Shown: positions 1 to 10,707, counted from the stretch's first letter. The stretch is DNA of 64,000 bases from Ferroacidibacillus organovorans (GCF_001642725.1 NZ_LSUQ01000002.1:62001-126000); one strand, 5' to 3'. Program-made: numbers and translations. The notes: generated by a model not told the origin, from the sequence alone.

Positions 1-479
1 ATCAAAAGTTCCAGCGCTTCAGGTGTAAACGCGTCAATCCCTGAAGACGCGACATTAAGAATGCCGAGCGGCTTCCCTTTGCTGCGCAGCGGAATGCTCG
101 CGTGAAACAAAAGTCCCTGTGTATCCCCGACGGCGTCGCGCAATCGGCTACAGCGCACAAGGTTAATCGCCCGATCGAGTTCCCCTTGGATAAACTGATT
201 CTGACACTCGCACCAACCTGTTTTCAGCGCAGCCTCATCATCCCATGCCAAAGCAGGAGGTAAGCCGCTCGCACCAACCTCGACAAATGCGTGGTAGTTC
301 TCGTCATACCGAAAGACCCACGCCGTTTGCAATCCAAGTTCCTGCGCCAAGCGCGAAAGAATCGCCTCCATGGCGGATGGAATATCGCTCGTGTCATTCA
401 ATGCTTCTGCAGTATCTTTGAGCAGTTCAATCTGGGACGCTTTTTTTAGATACGCATCCCCGGCAAACGCGTTGTCCAT
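1..479 (-). CDS. GAF-domain sensor protein, YhcY-like histidine kinase N-terminus (partial, runs off window)
   Basis: Not in ORF track. Manual translation from ATG 479: MDNAFAGDAYLKKASQIELLKDTAEALND...GLQTAWVF...GLPPAL...WCECQ...INLVRCSRL...HASIPLRSKGKPLGILNVAS, open to the window edge. Confidence 0.8.
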   Translation of the reverse strand, partial: MDNAFAGDAYLKKASQIELLKDTAEALNDTSDIPSAMEAILSRLAQELGLQTAWVFRYDENYHAFVEVGASGLPPALAWDDEAALKTGWCECQNQFIQGELDRAINLVRCSRLRDAVGDTQGLLFHASIPLRSKGKPLGILNVASSGIDAFTPEALELL

Positions 480-650
480 TTCGCTCAAGCCCCGTTCGCA
501 GTTTCTTTTAAAAGTGTAGCAGAAATCACCGCGCAAGAGATACGTTTGCGCGAAGTCCTACGTCCAATGGCGTATGGAGAATCTGCGATTCCTGCGTTAT
601 GGTCAATGGAGAGAGACAAAACGAGAGTTAGAAAATGGAGGCTTTGAAAC

Positions 651-2024
651 ATGCATCAAACCTATCCGTGGAACCCAAAAACGCTTGAACGTCTGTGTGA
701 AATCGAAGACCTTTCTCCCCATTCCATCCTCCCGTGGATTCGCGCCATGCGGGCCGACGAATGGTCTGACAGCGACATCCACCGTTTGCTTGCGCTCGCC
801 TCTGCGCGCTCGATTGATCATCACGGTCCATTCATCGGTCACGGCACGTTTAACGGCGGCCCCGTGCTGCGCGCATCGTCCATCCTCTCCCCACACTTCA
901 AAGACTTGGCCCTCTTGCAAACGGCTGTCTACGTCGTTGAACTCTTCAATCACCCGAACTACGGCCCGTATCGACTGATGGCGATGAACCCTGTCATGGA
1001 AGAAACGCTCGATCGCTCAAAGCAGGCATGGATGGAAGATGTCGAATCTGGCCAAAGGCCCCTGCAATCTGAACATCGCGTGGTCGGCTTGTTCAAAGCC
1101 ATGGGAAAGCAGATTCGCTGGCTGTTGACAGAAGCCGCGCTTCGCCAATACCCTGAGAACGAACACCGCTTGCTCATGGTCCATCGCGCCTGTCAACTGC
1201 TTGACGACACCAACGGATGGAACGAAGCCGAACCACTTCTGCGCGCAGCCGTGCAGTATCTCGCCTCGCGCCCGAATACCCAGTTCACGTCTGAAAAACT
1301 CAGCTTCCTTCCACAGTGGCCAGAAGCAGGAAGGGCTGACGCGACGCTCGTGGCGCGCGCCATCGAACAACTCGCCGAGGTGGCGTACGGTCAAGAGGTG
1401 GATGTCCTTTTAGAACTGATCGCATCCGGCGCGAGTGGCACCTCTCTCCATGAAGCGATCGCTTTGACATCATCCGATTGGCTGCGGCGGACGCACTTTG
1501 ACGCACACGCTGTCACCGGTGTGCACTGTGCGCTTGATCTCTTGTCCGATAAGGAAACGCCGGCAAATCTGCGCGCATTGGCGGGAACCCTCGCCCTGTC
1601 GAGTTCACGCGCGCGACGACAAAAGGAAAACAGGGATGCGTGGCGCATACCCTTACCCGTAGAGGGAAAGGCGATCCTTCTCGACGAGGTCAGAACCATT
1701 GTGCTGAGTGACCCTGAGGGACAGCGGGCGGCACAGGCGGCAGGAAACTTTGTCCGCTCAGGCGGCGACGCCACTTCTCTCGCGCGCAGCCTGATGGAAA
1801 TCGCACTGACCACATCCGGGCCGTTTGACGCGATTCACAATGTAAAGATGCTCTGGGGGCTCCTCCTTGAGACACAGCGTTCAACACTGCCACAACAGGC
1901 GTGGGTGCATCTTGCGGCTGGCGCAAGAGTAGTGGCAGAGACAGCCGCTGCCGAAAAAGAGAAAGCCGCGCCGATTCTCACGCAGTGGAAGGAGTCATTG
2001 GACTGGAACACGCCCGACATCTAA
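651..2024 (+). CDS. Hypothetical all-helical protein with repeated His motifs
   Basis: 457-aa ORF with GGAGG RBS; motifs DHHGPFIGHG, NEHRLLMVHRA, HFDAHAVTGVH, FDAIHNVK. Confidence 0.75.
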   Translation: MHQTYPWNPKTLERLCEIEDLSPHSILPWIRAMRADEWSDSDIHRLLALASARSIDHHGPFIGHGTFNGGPVLRASSILSPHFKDLALLQTAVYVVELFNHPNYGPYRLMAMNPVMEETLDRSKQAWMEDVESGQRPLQSEHRVVGLFKAMGKQIRWLLTEAALRQYPENEHRLLMVHRACQLLDDTNGWNEAEPLLRAAVQYLASRPNTQFTSEKLSFLPQWPEAGRADATLVARAIEQLAEVAYGQEVDVLLELIASGASGTSLHEAIALTSSDWLRRTHFDAHAVTGVHCALDLLSDKETPANLRALAGTLALSSSRARRQKENRDAWRIPLPVEGKAILLDEVRTIVLSDPEGQRAAQAAGNFVRSGGDATSLARSLMEIALTTSGPFDAIHNVKMLWGLLLETQRSTLPQQAWVHLAAGARVVAETAAAEKEKAAPILTQWKESLDWNTPDI

Positions 2025-3220
2025 CATCACCTACTCGCATCGCATTCACGCTCGCCGTCAGCCGAGGCTTCTCTGCGCTCGGCGGGCAGATCGCGCTCAC
2101 CATTTTGCCTGTGATCGTCTATCTCATCAGCCACTCGCTGGCACAAGCCGGGCTGGTGCTTGGAGCTCGCCTGCTGATCTCTACGATCTCAACGCCGATT
2201 TCCGGCGTGTTCGCCGATCGCATGAACCAAAAAACGCTGATGCTCGCGTCAAACAGCGCGCGCATCGCGCTTTTTGCCTTGATGGCGCAGCTTCACTCGA
2301 TTCCCCTGCTCGCAATTCTCATCGCGATAACGGCCGTCGGCGGCATGCTTGAGGCTACATCCGTCGCGAGCCTTACGCCAAAGATTGTGCGTGCAGCCGA
2401 ACTTCCGCGCGCCAACGCCATCCTCAGTTCAGCGCTCAATCTCGCGTTTATTGGCGGGCCCCTGCTAAGCGGAGTCATTGTCGCGCGACTCTCTGCCCAT
2501 TGGGGATTTTACGCCGCGGCACTCACTCAGGTCATCGCGCTCCTCGCCACGATGACCCTGCCGACGCATCCGCGCGATGAGACCGTTTCTGCGCAAACAA
2601 AAAACGTCACCTCTCAACTGTTCGATGGGTTGACGTTTGTGTTTCAAGACCGCTTTCTCACGCTCATGCTCACGGTGTACAGCGTGTTTATCCTCGGATT
2701 GACGGCATTCAACGTTCTCGCCGTCGGTCTTTCCTACCACTTTCACATGAGCGGCTACGGTTACGGGATTCTCATCGCGGCGCAAGGGGCTGGCATGCTC
2801 ATCGTCACCTTTTTGTCCGCCAAGTGGATCAAGACGTCCTCGATCGTACCGCTGTTCTTGATCAACATGCCCATCCAGGGACTGTCGATTCTCGCCATCG
2901 CCTTATCCAAGTCGTTTCTGCTCTGCGCATTCTTCGCCTTTATCCAAGGCGTCGGCTGGGGCATGGAGCAGGCGAGTGTCATGACCGTGCTGCAACTGCG
3001 CATTCCCTTAGCGTTGCAGGGGCGCACCATCGGCCTCTTTTTCTCTGCGCTCAGCATCGCAGAAACGGTCGGCGTCATTCTTTTTGGCTGGCTCGGCGGC
3101 CAGATCGGAGATGCGGCGGCACTCGCGACCGCAGGCCTTCTCTCCACCGTTTTTGCGATTCTTGCGATCTTTTTGCTGCGACCACACTTGCGCGACGTAA
3201 ATGTTGACGCGGCGCACTAA
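2003..3220 (+). CDS. MFS transporter (DHA3/macrolide-efflux-like)
   Basis: About 12 hydrophobic segments, motif A GVFADRMNQK, GRTIG in the C-half. Start uncertain: CTG 2003 follows AAGGAG; the ORF-track start at 1901 lies deep inside the upstream gene. Confidence 0.85.
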   Translation: MEHARHLTSPTRIAFTLAVSRGFSALGGQIALTILPVIVYLISHSLAQAGLVLGARLLISTISTPISGVFADRMNQKTLMLASNSARIALFALMAQLHSIPLLAILIAITAVGGMLEATSVASLTPKIVRAAELPRANAILSSALNLAFIGGPLLSGVIVARLSAHWGFYAAALTQVIALLATMTLPTHPRDETVSAQTKNVTSQLFDGLTFVFQDRFLTLMLTVYSVFILGLTAFNVLAVGLSYHFHMSGYGYGILIAAQGAGMLIVTFLSAKWIKTSSIVPLFLINMPIQGLSILAIALSKSFLLCAFFAFIQGVGWGMEQASVMTVLQLRIPLALQGRTIGLFFSALSIAETVGVILFGWLGGQIGDAAALATAGLLSTVFAILAIFLLRPHLRDVNVDAAH

Positions 3221-3242
3221 ACCCGCGTGGGAAGCGAACGCA

Positions 3243-4130
3243 CTAGATCCGTGTCGATAGCGATCGCGCAAAAGAAACAGTCTCAGCATGCAAGTCAATC
3301 CCGGTGTGAATGCCCATTTTATCCAGCATGGCAAGCACGTCCTCCGTTGCGACATTGCCGGTCGCTCCCGGCGAAAAGGGGCAGCCCCCGAGGCCGCCTG
3401 TCGACGCGTCGAAACGGTCGATTCCCGCAAGCAGCGCCGCGTACACATTGGCGAGTGCGAGTTTTGACGTGTCGTGAAAGTGTCCGACAAACGGCATCTC
3501 CGGATAGGCTTCCTTCAGCGACTGACACCTCTCAAACACCTCTTGCGGATGTGCTTGGCCGTTTGTGTCTCCAAGATCGATCTCATCCGCGCCAAGATCG
3601 ACAAACCGCTTCACCACGTGATCGACCTCATCATAAGAAACCGATCCCTGATAAGGACAGTGCCACACCGTCGAGACGTACGCGCGGACGAACACCCCGC
3701 GCTGTTTGGCGCGCGCGAATAACGGTTCGCATTCGGCCAGGGATTCGTCCGTCGTGCGATTCACATTCTTTTGATTGAACGCGTTACTCGCGCCGATGAA
3801 CACGGCAATCTGCGGCACGTCCGCCGCGAGCGCGCGCTCCAATGCCTTAAGGTTTGGCGTGAGCGTGATATACGTGATGCCCAGTTGGTTGCAGTACGAA
3901 ACGATCGCTTCCGCATCCGCCATTTGCGGCACCCATTTCGGGTGAACGAAGGACGTCGTCTCGATGCGCCGAAAGCCGGCCTTTGACAGGCGCAAAATGA
4001 GCTCTTTCTTCTTATCCACCGAAACGAGCACCGGTTCGTTCTGAAGCCCGTCACGCGGCGACACATCGATCATCTCCACCTGACGCGGCAACGGCGTGCC
4101 ATTGTCACGCACGGGAATCGTTGGCCTCAT
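3243..4130 (-). CDS. Hydroxymethylglutaryl-CoA lyase
   Basis: SPRDGLQNE, SFVHPKWVPQMAD, HFHDT, GGLGGCPFSPGATGNVATED. Confidence 0.93.
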   Translation of the reverse strand: MRPTIPVRDNGTPLPRQVEMIDVSPRDGLQNEPVLVSVDKKKELILRLSKAGFRRIETTSFVHPKWVPQMADAEAIVSYCNQLGITYITLTPNLKALERALAADVPQIAVFIGASNAFNQKNVNRTTDESLAECEPLFARAKQRGVFVRAYVSTVWHCPYQGSVSYDEVDHVVKRFVDLGADEIDLGDTNGQAHPQEVFERCQSLKEAYPEMPFVGHFHDTSKLALANVYAALLAGIDRFDASTGGLGGCPFSPGATGNVATEDVLAMLDKMGIHTGIDLHAETVSFARSLSTRI

Positions 4131-4181
4131 GTTTTTTCACCTCTTCGCCGAAAGCTTGGACGTTTTTATGGCGGTTTCTCT

Positions 4182-5588
4182 TTAAACCCTCTTCGTCGTG
4201 AGCTGAATGAACGAGACGCTTGCGGCAAGCGGACCCTCGTAGATTTCAATGGAAGAATTCCCTTTGGGCAGCGTCACATCCATCTCGAGCACGCTGTATT
4301 GATTCGCAAGCGGTTGCGTCTTGTCCGTCTGTGGAAAGGAGAGCGGCAATTGCGGCTGACCGTTGATCACAAGGTTTTGCATTGTACTCGCACCTGTGAT
4401 GTTCCGATAGCGCACAAACATCCCATACGTTCCGGCGCTTGCCACATGCACACGGAATATGGCCGTCGTCTTTTTCTGCTTCACAGGCACATACGTCACT
4501 CGGTTCGGCTTTTCACCCTGCGGAAGCGCAAGCGCCGTACCGAGTGGATCTGGTTTTCCAAAGTCCGGTGTCCCATTTTTATTCCAGGTGAACGGCTGCG
4601 CGCGAATGGTTCGATCCCACCCTGATTGATCATAGCGCGCCGCATGGTAAATCATCCAATTCTGTTTTCCATTCTCACTCACAACAAACGAGGCGCGCCC
4701 GGGTCCGTATACACCGTTTGCAGAAGAAAACACAGGACTTGGATTTTTGACCCAATCCCTTGGATTCAGCGAATTGCTCCCGCGCAGTGTAAGCATCCCG
4801 AGGTTATACCCATTCTTCCAACTCGCATTTGCCGAGTAGATGATGAACGTCTTCCCGCCGTGTTGAAGGGACACGGGACCTTCATTAATCGGCGCGACAC
4901 TTTTTTCCCACGCATACGTCGGTGAAGAAATGACCACACCAGAGCCACTTATTTCCGTAGGTGATCGCATCGGTGCAATAAACAATCGCTGCACTTGATT
5001 CCTTGGATTCAGCCAACCAGACCACAAAAAATACAGCTTCCCGTGTAAATCCAGGATATTCGGATCAATCATCCACTGATTGGCCGGATCATGCACCTCA
5101 CCGACAAAGCGGTATGATCCAAGTGGGTTTGACGTATTACTCTCCAAAACGTAGTCCCTGTGTGTCGCGTTATTTCCTTGCACATCCGCCGCAAAATAAA
5201 TGTACCAGTGTCCCCCAAAGCGATACAACTCCGGCGACCAGATATCCGTTAAATTGCTTTGCGCCCCACTCGGCGACCAAACGATCGCTTGCGACCCAGC
5301 GGCAATGTTTGTGATGCTGCTCGATTTCCAAAGCGTCACATTGCTTCCCGTCGTTGCAGTTAGAATATAGGACCCTTCCCACTTCATCATGAAAGGATCC
5401 GCATTTCCATCCATGATCGGATTGTAAAATGATTTGGATAACACTCCTGAATGTAGCGCGTTTGCAGCAGAACCACGTCGCTGAACGCTTGCATCCACCC
5501 CGTTTGCGCCCATCGCGAATGTAGCCATCGTAATCAGCATTGCAGATCCGGCGATTCGAGAAACGTAGCGAGTAGAGATACGCAACAA
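4182..5588 (-). CDS. Secreted GH43 glycoside hydrolase (alpha-L-arabinofuranosidase-like) with C-terminal CBM6/35-like module
   Basis: ADPF, WSPEL, WMIDP, NEGP, YSA, GPG motifs; signal peptide; TTG 5588 after GGAGGTGG. Confidence 0.88.
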   Translation of the reverse strand: MLRISTRYVSRIAGSAMLITMATFAMGANGVDASVQRRGSAANALHSGVLSKSFYNPIMDGNADPFMMKWEGSYILTATTGSNVTLWKSSSITNIAAGSQAIVWSPSGAQSNLTDIWSPELYRFGGHWYIYFAADVQGNNATHRDYVLESNTSNPLGSYRFVGEVHDPANQWMIDPNILDLHGKLYFLWSGWLNPRNQVQRLFIAPMRSPTEISGSGVVISSPTYAWEKSVAPINEGPVSLQHGGKTFIIYSANASWKNGYNLGMLTLRGSNSLNPRDWVKNPSPVFSSANGVYGPGRASFVVSENGKQNWMIYHAARYDQSGWDRTIRAQPFTWNKNGTPDFGKPDPLGTALALPQGEKPNRVTYVPVKQKKTTAIFRVHVASAGTYGMFVRYRNITGASTMQNLVINGQPQLPLSFPQTDKTQPLANQYSVLEMDVTLPKGNSSIEIYEGPLAASVSFIQLTTKRV

Positions 5589-5628
5589 ATGTCCACCTCC
5601 AACTGCGTGCTTCAGATTCACCCTCTGC

Positions 5629-7446
5629 TCAAAGGTCCGCAGGGATACCTCGCCCTTCCGTGATCGCGCGGATCGTTTCAAGCGGCACCTTTGGCTTGCG
5701 ATCATACGTCAAAAGACCGTTGATCTCCTGCTCTACATCAGTCAACTGTGTATAGCAAAAACCTTGTATGACAGGAGACTCAATCATCGCAGAGACGACT
5801 GCCGCGTAACGCTGGATAAAATCATCGTCAGACTTGGCAGAGGAATAGCCCCAACCGTTCCAGTCGCTTTTTTTAAACGAAATGCCACCCATCTCCGTGA
5901 CCATGATCGGTTCACCGCGGTAGTGATACCCGGGAGAATACACCAACCGCTGTCCTGGCGTAGAGGACACGGCGACGTCAGACGATGCATAGCGCGTTTG
6001 CAGCACCTGTTTTTCACTCTCATAATCGTGAATCGTACAAAGATCTGAAACTGTGTGTTCCCAGCCATCGTTTGAGATGACCAACCGCGTCGTGTCAAGC
6101 GCTTTGGTCAGGTGATACAGCGATGTAAGATACGCCCGTTGTCGATGATCCGCAAGGAGTCCTGGTACGCCCCAGCTTTCATTCAACGGAACCCACGCAA
6201 CGATACACGGATGGTTGTAATCCCGCTCCACAGCCTGTTGCCACTCTGCAACGAGCCGCTTTACAGCCACCTCTGAATAAACGTACGTATTTGCCATTTC
6301 ACCCCATACGGTCAGACCCAACTTGTCACACCAGTAGAGGTAGCGGGGATCTTCAATCTTTTGGTGCTTTCGCGCGCCGTTAAATCCCATCGCCTTGGTC
6401 AATTCAATGTCCTGACGAATCGCCTCATCACTCGGTGGCGTCAATATACCATCGGGAAAGTACCCCTGATCGAGCACCATGCGCATGAAGTATGGCCGAT
6501 TATTGAGCATGACTTTCCCATTTTCGACCGCGATCTTGCGCAGTCCAAAGTATCCCTTGACTTGATCTACCACGCGTCCATCCGCGACAAGTGAGTAGGT
6601 GATATCATACAGGTGCGGCTGTTCAGGACTCCACGCGTGCACCGAATGATGAGCTCCCGCACTTAAACTGACACGCAAGGTGGAAGCCTCATTCGTCAGG
6701 AGGGAACGACCATGCGCGATCCGCTCTTCCCCAAAGTCAATCTCCACATGCAGTTCATAAGCAGATGTCGCAACAGTACCAAACCCTCCCAATGTCACGT
6801 TTAGGTCGATCGCCTTCTCATCGAGAAGTGGCGTGATCTTCACGCGCTCAAGATGCAGAATGGACCGTGCCTCAAGCCACACCGTTTGCCAGATGCCTGT
6901 CGTCCGTGTGTAAAAAATACTTGTCGAATGCTCTTCCCAATACTGTTTTCCGCGCGGTTGCGCGAGATCACGACTATTGTCATGCGCGCGCACGACAACT
7001 GCATTCTGCTCTGTGCGCAGCAATTCGGTGATATCCGCTGAAAATGGAGTGTGTCCACCTTCGTGCACCGCAGCGACCTCCCCATTCACCCAGACCGTCG
7101 CAGCATAATCGACCGCCCCAAAGTGCAGGATAATCCGCTTACCCGCAAAAGAGGAAGGCACCTCAACGCTTCGCCTGTACCAAACGATATCGTGAAATGA
7201 AGATTCACCGATGCCGCTTAAACGGCTTTGAAACGCAAACGGGACGGTGATTCTCTGAGAAAAAGTATGCTCGCGATGCCACCGTTCTTGTAGACCGCGA
7301 TTTTCATCATCAAACTCAAACTCCCACACGCCATTCAGATTGAGATACTCTTGTCTATAAAACTGAGGATTCGGATGTTCTGATCTTGGCATATCACTCT
7401 CAGTTAAATGCATTTCTGAGTTTCTCATCGTGGATGTCTCTGGCAT
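5629..7446 (-). CDS. GH2 glycoside hydrolase (cytoplasmic)
   Basis: LNGVWEF, LHFGAVDY, GIWQTVWLE, GFNGARKHQK, NHPCIVAWVPLNESWG, YTQLTDVEQEINGL. Confidence 0.92.
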   Translation of the reverse strand: MPETSTMRNSEMHLTESDMPRSEHPNPQFYRQEYLNLNGVWEFEFDDENRGLQERWHREHTFSQRITVPFAFQSRLSGIGESSFHDIVWYRRSVEVPSSFAGKRIILHFGAVDYAATVWVNGEVAAVHEGGHTPFSADITELLRTEQNAVVVRAHDNSRDLAQPRGKQYWEEHSTSIFYTRTTGIWQTVWLEARSILHLERVKITPLLDEKAIDLNVTLGGFGTVATSAYELHVEIDFGEERIAHGRSLLTNEASTLRVSLSAGAHHSVHAWSPEQPHLYDITYSLVADGRVVDQVKGYFGLRKIAVENGKVMLNNRPYFMRMVLDQGYFPDGILTPPSDEAIRQDIELTKAMGFNGARKHQKIEDPRYLYWCDKLGLTVWGEMANTYVYSEVAVKRLVAEWQQAVERDYNHPCIVAWVPLNESWGVPGLLADHRQRAYLTSLYHLTKALDTTRLVISNDGWEHTVSDLCTIHDYESEKQVLQTRYASSDVAVSSTPGQRLVYSPGYHYRGEPIMVTEMGGISFKKSDWNGWGYSSAKSDDDFIQRYAAVVSAMIESPVIQGFCYTQLTDVEQEINGLLTYDRKPKVPLETIRAITEGRGIPADL

Positions 7447-7498
7447 GATGCTTCTCTCCTCAATCCATCATTCTCATACAATACAGAATCACAAAGAC

Positions 7499-8332
7499 TC
7501 ACAAATTGATCCCTGTTGTTGCGATTCCCTGCGTCAGCTGTTTTTGAGCAAATAAAAATGCGAGCAACATCGGGATGACAGAGCATAGTGTCAGCGCCAT
7601 AAGTAAAGAGTAGTTCGTGTTGTATTGGCCGACCGCCATGAGTTGAACTCCGACCGTCATGGTTCGCATGTCCTGCGATGTTGTTGAGACCAGCGGCCAA
7701 AAGAAATCATTGTAGACATTCATAAACGTGAGCAAACCAAGCGTGGCGCTCGCCGGAATACTGAGTGGCACGGCAATGCGCCACCAAAGTTGAAACTTGT
7801 TTACCCCATCCATCACAGCCGCCTCTTCCAACTCTTTAGGAATGCTCAAAAAAAACTGGTAGAGAAGAAATACGCCGAACGCATTGGCTGTATAGGGAAG
7901 AATGAGCACCCAATACGTATCTAGCATGTTGGCGCCCGCAAACTCAAGATAGAGCGGAATCAGCAAGGCAATGAACGGTACAACGAGCGAAGCGACGACG
8001 ATGTAAAAGATCACACGGCGACCAAAAAATTTCAGCCTTGCCAATGCAAACGCCGCCATGGAATCGATGATCATGACCAATACAGCGACTGTGACGCCGA
8101 CAAACAGGGAGTTTACGAGCCAGCGCAAGACAGACGCGCCTGATCCAGATGAAAAGATCGCCGAAAAATTGGCCAACGTGATGTGCGTTGGAATGAGGTG
8201 CCCGTCGAATGCATCCACCTGAGGCTTAAACGCGGTCGATACCATCCACACCAGCGGAAAGAGCATGAAGAGTGCACCGACAGACAAGAGGATGACTGCC
8301 AGCCACCGCGTGATTCGAGTTTTTGGATTCAC
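7499..8332 (-). CDS. Carbohydrate ABC transporter permease (MalG-like)
   Basis: EAA motif ELEEAAVMDG; transmembrane helices. Confidence 0.93.
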   Translation of the reverse strand: MNPKTRITRWLAVILLSVGALFMLFPLVWMVSTAFKPQVDAFDGHLIPTHITLANFSAIFSSGSGASVLRWLVNSLFVGVTVAVLVMIIDSMAAFALARLKFFGRRVIFYIVVASLVVPFIALLIPLYLEFAGANMLDTYWVLILPYTANAFGVFLLYQFFLSIPKELEEAAVMDGVNKFQLWWRIAVPLSIPASATLGLLTFMNVYNDFFWPLVSTTSQDMRTMTVGVQLMAVGQYNTNYSLLMALTLCSVIPMLLAFLFAQKQLTQGIATTGINL

Positions 8333-9270
8333 GACGCTCGCTCCCTCGTCAAGTGGTATTGAACGAATGAGATCGCAGCCAAGATGATCGCCATGAGGTA
8401 CGCCATCGCAGCCGCAGACCCCATATGCATGGCGTTGAAGCTCTGGTTATAGATCACCATGGTCAAAGGTTCCGTTGAAGATCCTGGTCCGCCTCCCGTC
8501 ATTAAGAGGGACTGCGCGAAGAGGTTAAAGGAAGAGATGGTGCTTGTCACGATGATGAATGCCAGCACATGCCTAACCTGAGGCAATGCGATGGACAAAA
8601 ACGTTCGCACTGCTCCCGCCCCGTCAAGCGCCGCCGCTTCCAAGGTGCTCTGCGGCAACTGCGTAAACCCCGCATATACGATGATCAGATTAAATCCAAG
8701 CGTCCGCCACACGGTTGCCATATCAATCGATAACCACGCCCACGGTTGTTCCACCAGCCACGGAATATGCGCGTGAAGAAAGTTGTTGACAGCACCACCT
8801 TGCGTCTGCAGCAACCATGTCCATAGACTCGTCACTGCGGTTACGGACAATACCGTCGGCAAAAAGTAGATGGAGCGAAAGAGTGTTTTGAAAGGGGAGC
8901 GATAGATAAGATACGCAAGCACGGTTGGGAGGACCAACAAAACTGGGACACTGATGATCACAAAAGTCACTGTGTTTTTAAGGCCAAGCCAAAATTGCTG
9001 AGCCGCCAATGTGTTCATGTTGAATAACGTCGCATACTGACTCCACCCGGCAAATCCCAGCGGCCCCGCAAGTGGATTCCAGTGATTCAGACTGACGATA
9101 AATCCAAACACGATCGGATACCCGACAAAGAGGCAGAAGGCAATCAAAAATGGCACGACAAAGAGAAATGAAGTGAATTGATCCACGATGATGCGAACCA
9201 TGGATCCCGACCTTCTTGATTTTCCCCTTTGCACCACCTTCTCAGGAGCCGTTTGCACTCTGAGTGCCAT
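8329..9270 (-). CDS. Carbohydrate ABC transporter permease (MalF-like)
   Basis: LEAAALDGA, MTGGGPG; 4-nt overlap with downstream permease. Confidence 0.93.
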   Translation of the reverse strand: MALRVQTAPEKVVQRGKSRRSGSMVRIIVDQFTSFLFVVPFLIAFCLFVGYPIVFGFIVSLNHWNPLAGPLGFAGWSQYATLFNMNTLAAQQFWLGLKNTVTFVIISVPVLLVLPTVLAYLIYRSPFKTLFRSIYFLPTVLSVTAVTSLWTWLLQTQGGAVNNFLHAHIPWLVEQPWAWLSIDMATVWRTLGFNLIIVYAGFTQLPQSTLEAAALDGAGAVRTFLSIALPQVRHVLAFIIVTSTISSFNLFAQSLLMTGGGPGSSTEPLTMVIYNQSFNAMHMGSAAAMAYLMAIILAAISFVQYHLTRERAS

Positions 9271-9344
9271 CGTACAACCTCCTTTTTGCTCTGATGCATA
9301 GGAGAAGGCGTCTCAGAACTGAGGAGACGCCCCTGAGTCGTTGA

Positions 9345-10625
9345 TTAACCGAGAAGCGTTGCCATTTCCTGTTGCATCTTTTGTGCTGCGTCTTTCAATG
9401 CTGCCACAGGTGTCATCTTGTGAAGAAGCGCCAAATCAATGTCCTGATACAGATAGGTGCTTGACGTCGTTCCCCAGTTTGGAATCAACGGATTGAGAAC
9501 GCCACTGTTGAGCGCGAGCGATTCTTGATACATCGCCGGAAGCTTCTTCAATGCTGCACTCTTCAACGTCGGCTCCCAAGTGGGAAGAATTCCGGCGCGG
9601 GCAATCTCCATACTATGGCCATAATAGAATTTCAGGAATAATCCAATTCCTCTTTCCTTTGCTGTTGTCATGCTGGGATTGCGAAAAACCCATACGTAGT
9701 TTTGTCCGAGAAAATTCGCCTCTTTATTCCCAATGACAGGCAGCAGAGAAACGCCCAAGTTTTTTCCAAACCTTTGAAGGAAGGGTGGATATTGATACGC
9801 CCCATCCATCACCATCGCATTTTTTCCAGACATAAAAAGGTTGTAGTTCTCATTCGCTGATGCATTCACGGGCGAGATCTTCCATTTGTAGATTGTGTTA
9901 TACTCAAACGTAAGTGCATTCACGCCTGCTTGTGTATCGAAGAGTACCTTTCTTGTCGCTGGATTTGCCTCTTTTCCCCCGAATTGAGCCAAAAGCGATG
10001 GATATACGAAAGGATTCGGCCAAGCAGGCTCTTGTACATAACCCCACTGACCTTGTTTTGCGTTAGTTAAAACCTGCGCGTCGTGAACAAACTGCGCCTG
10101 CGTGTGCGGCGGCATGTTTGGATTTAATCCAGCCTTTTTAAACAGTGCTTTATTCCAGAAAAACAGAGTAGGAAGACCTGCTACCGGTACAACATAGTGA
10201 ACGCCCTGTACTTTTGTTCCATGCCACATGGAGGCAGGAAATTCCGTATTCGGATTGATTCCTCCCATTTGCAAGATCGGTTGAATCGGCATTTCCAGAT
10301 GTTCAAAGGCGTATGGCGCCGAAGGTGTCAACGACTCTTCCAACATATCTGGGCCTTTATGCGCGGCAAGCGCGGAGTTTACAATTTCCGTTTCGTTGTT
10401 ATACGGAAATGTGCGAAATACGACGTTGTACTTTCCTTGGTACATCTTGTTGAACTGGCTGATCACCGCTGTCATGCCCTGCGTTGGACCAGAACTCCAG
10501 AAGTTGATGACAATACCAGCAGATGCAGTGCGCTTTGCAGACGCGGCAGCAAACGACGGTGCAACAAGACTTGCAGAAAGCGTCAGTGCGACAGCGAGAG
10601 CCGCGGATTTTTGCAGATTATTCAT
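9345..10625 (-). CDS. Sugar ABC transporter substrate-binding protein
   Basis: Signal peptide, FWNKALFKKAGL, FMSGKNAMVMDG. Confidence 0.9.
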   Translation of the reverse strand: MNNLQKSAALAVALTLSASLVAPSFAAASAKRTASAGIVINFWSSGPTQGMTAVISQFNKMYQGKYNVVFRTFPYNNETEIVNSALAAHKGPDMLEESLTPSAPYAFEHLEMPIQPILQMGGINPNTEFPASMWHGTKVQGVHYVVPVAGLPTLFFWNKALFKKAGLNPNMPPHTQAQFVHDAQVLTNAKQGQWGYVQEPAWPNPFVYPSLLAQFGGKEANPATRKVLFDTQAGVNALTFEYNTIYKWKISPVNASANENYNLFMSGKNAMVMDGAYQYPPFLQRFGKNLGVSLLPVIGNKEANFLGQNYVWVFRNPSMTTAKERGIGLFLKFYYGHSMEIARAGILPTWEPTLKSAALKKLPAMYQESLALNSGVLNPLIPNWGTTSSTYLYQDIDLALLHKMTPVAALKDAAQKMQQEMATLLG

Positions 10626-10707
10626 TCTGAGTTACCCCCTTTAGTGATTCAATGTGATGCAATACGCCAATGCTTCCATTTTCTTTTGCAGGCATTCCCC
10701 CTTTAAC

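Noticed and set aside
3008..3778. Long antisense or alternate-frame ORFs here and elsewhere (e.g. 18648-19322, 55901-56662, 59756-60451)
   Set aside because: Shadows of well-supported genes, with no motifs or RBS
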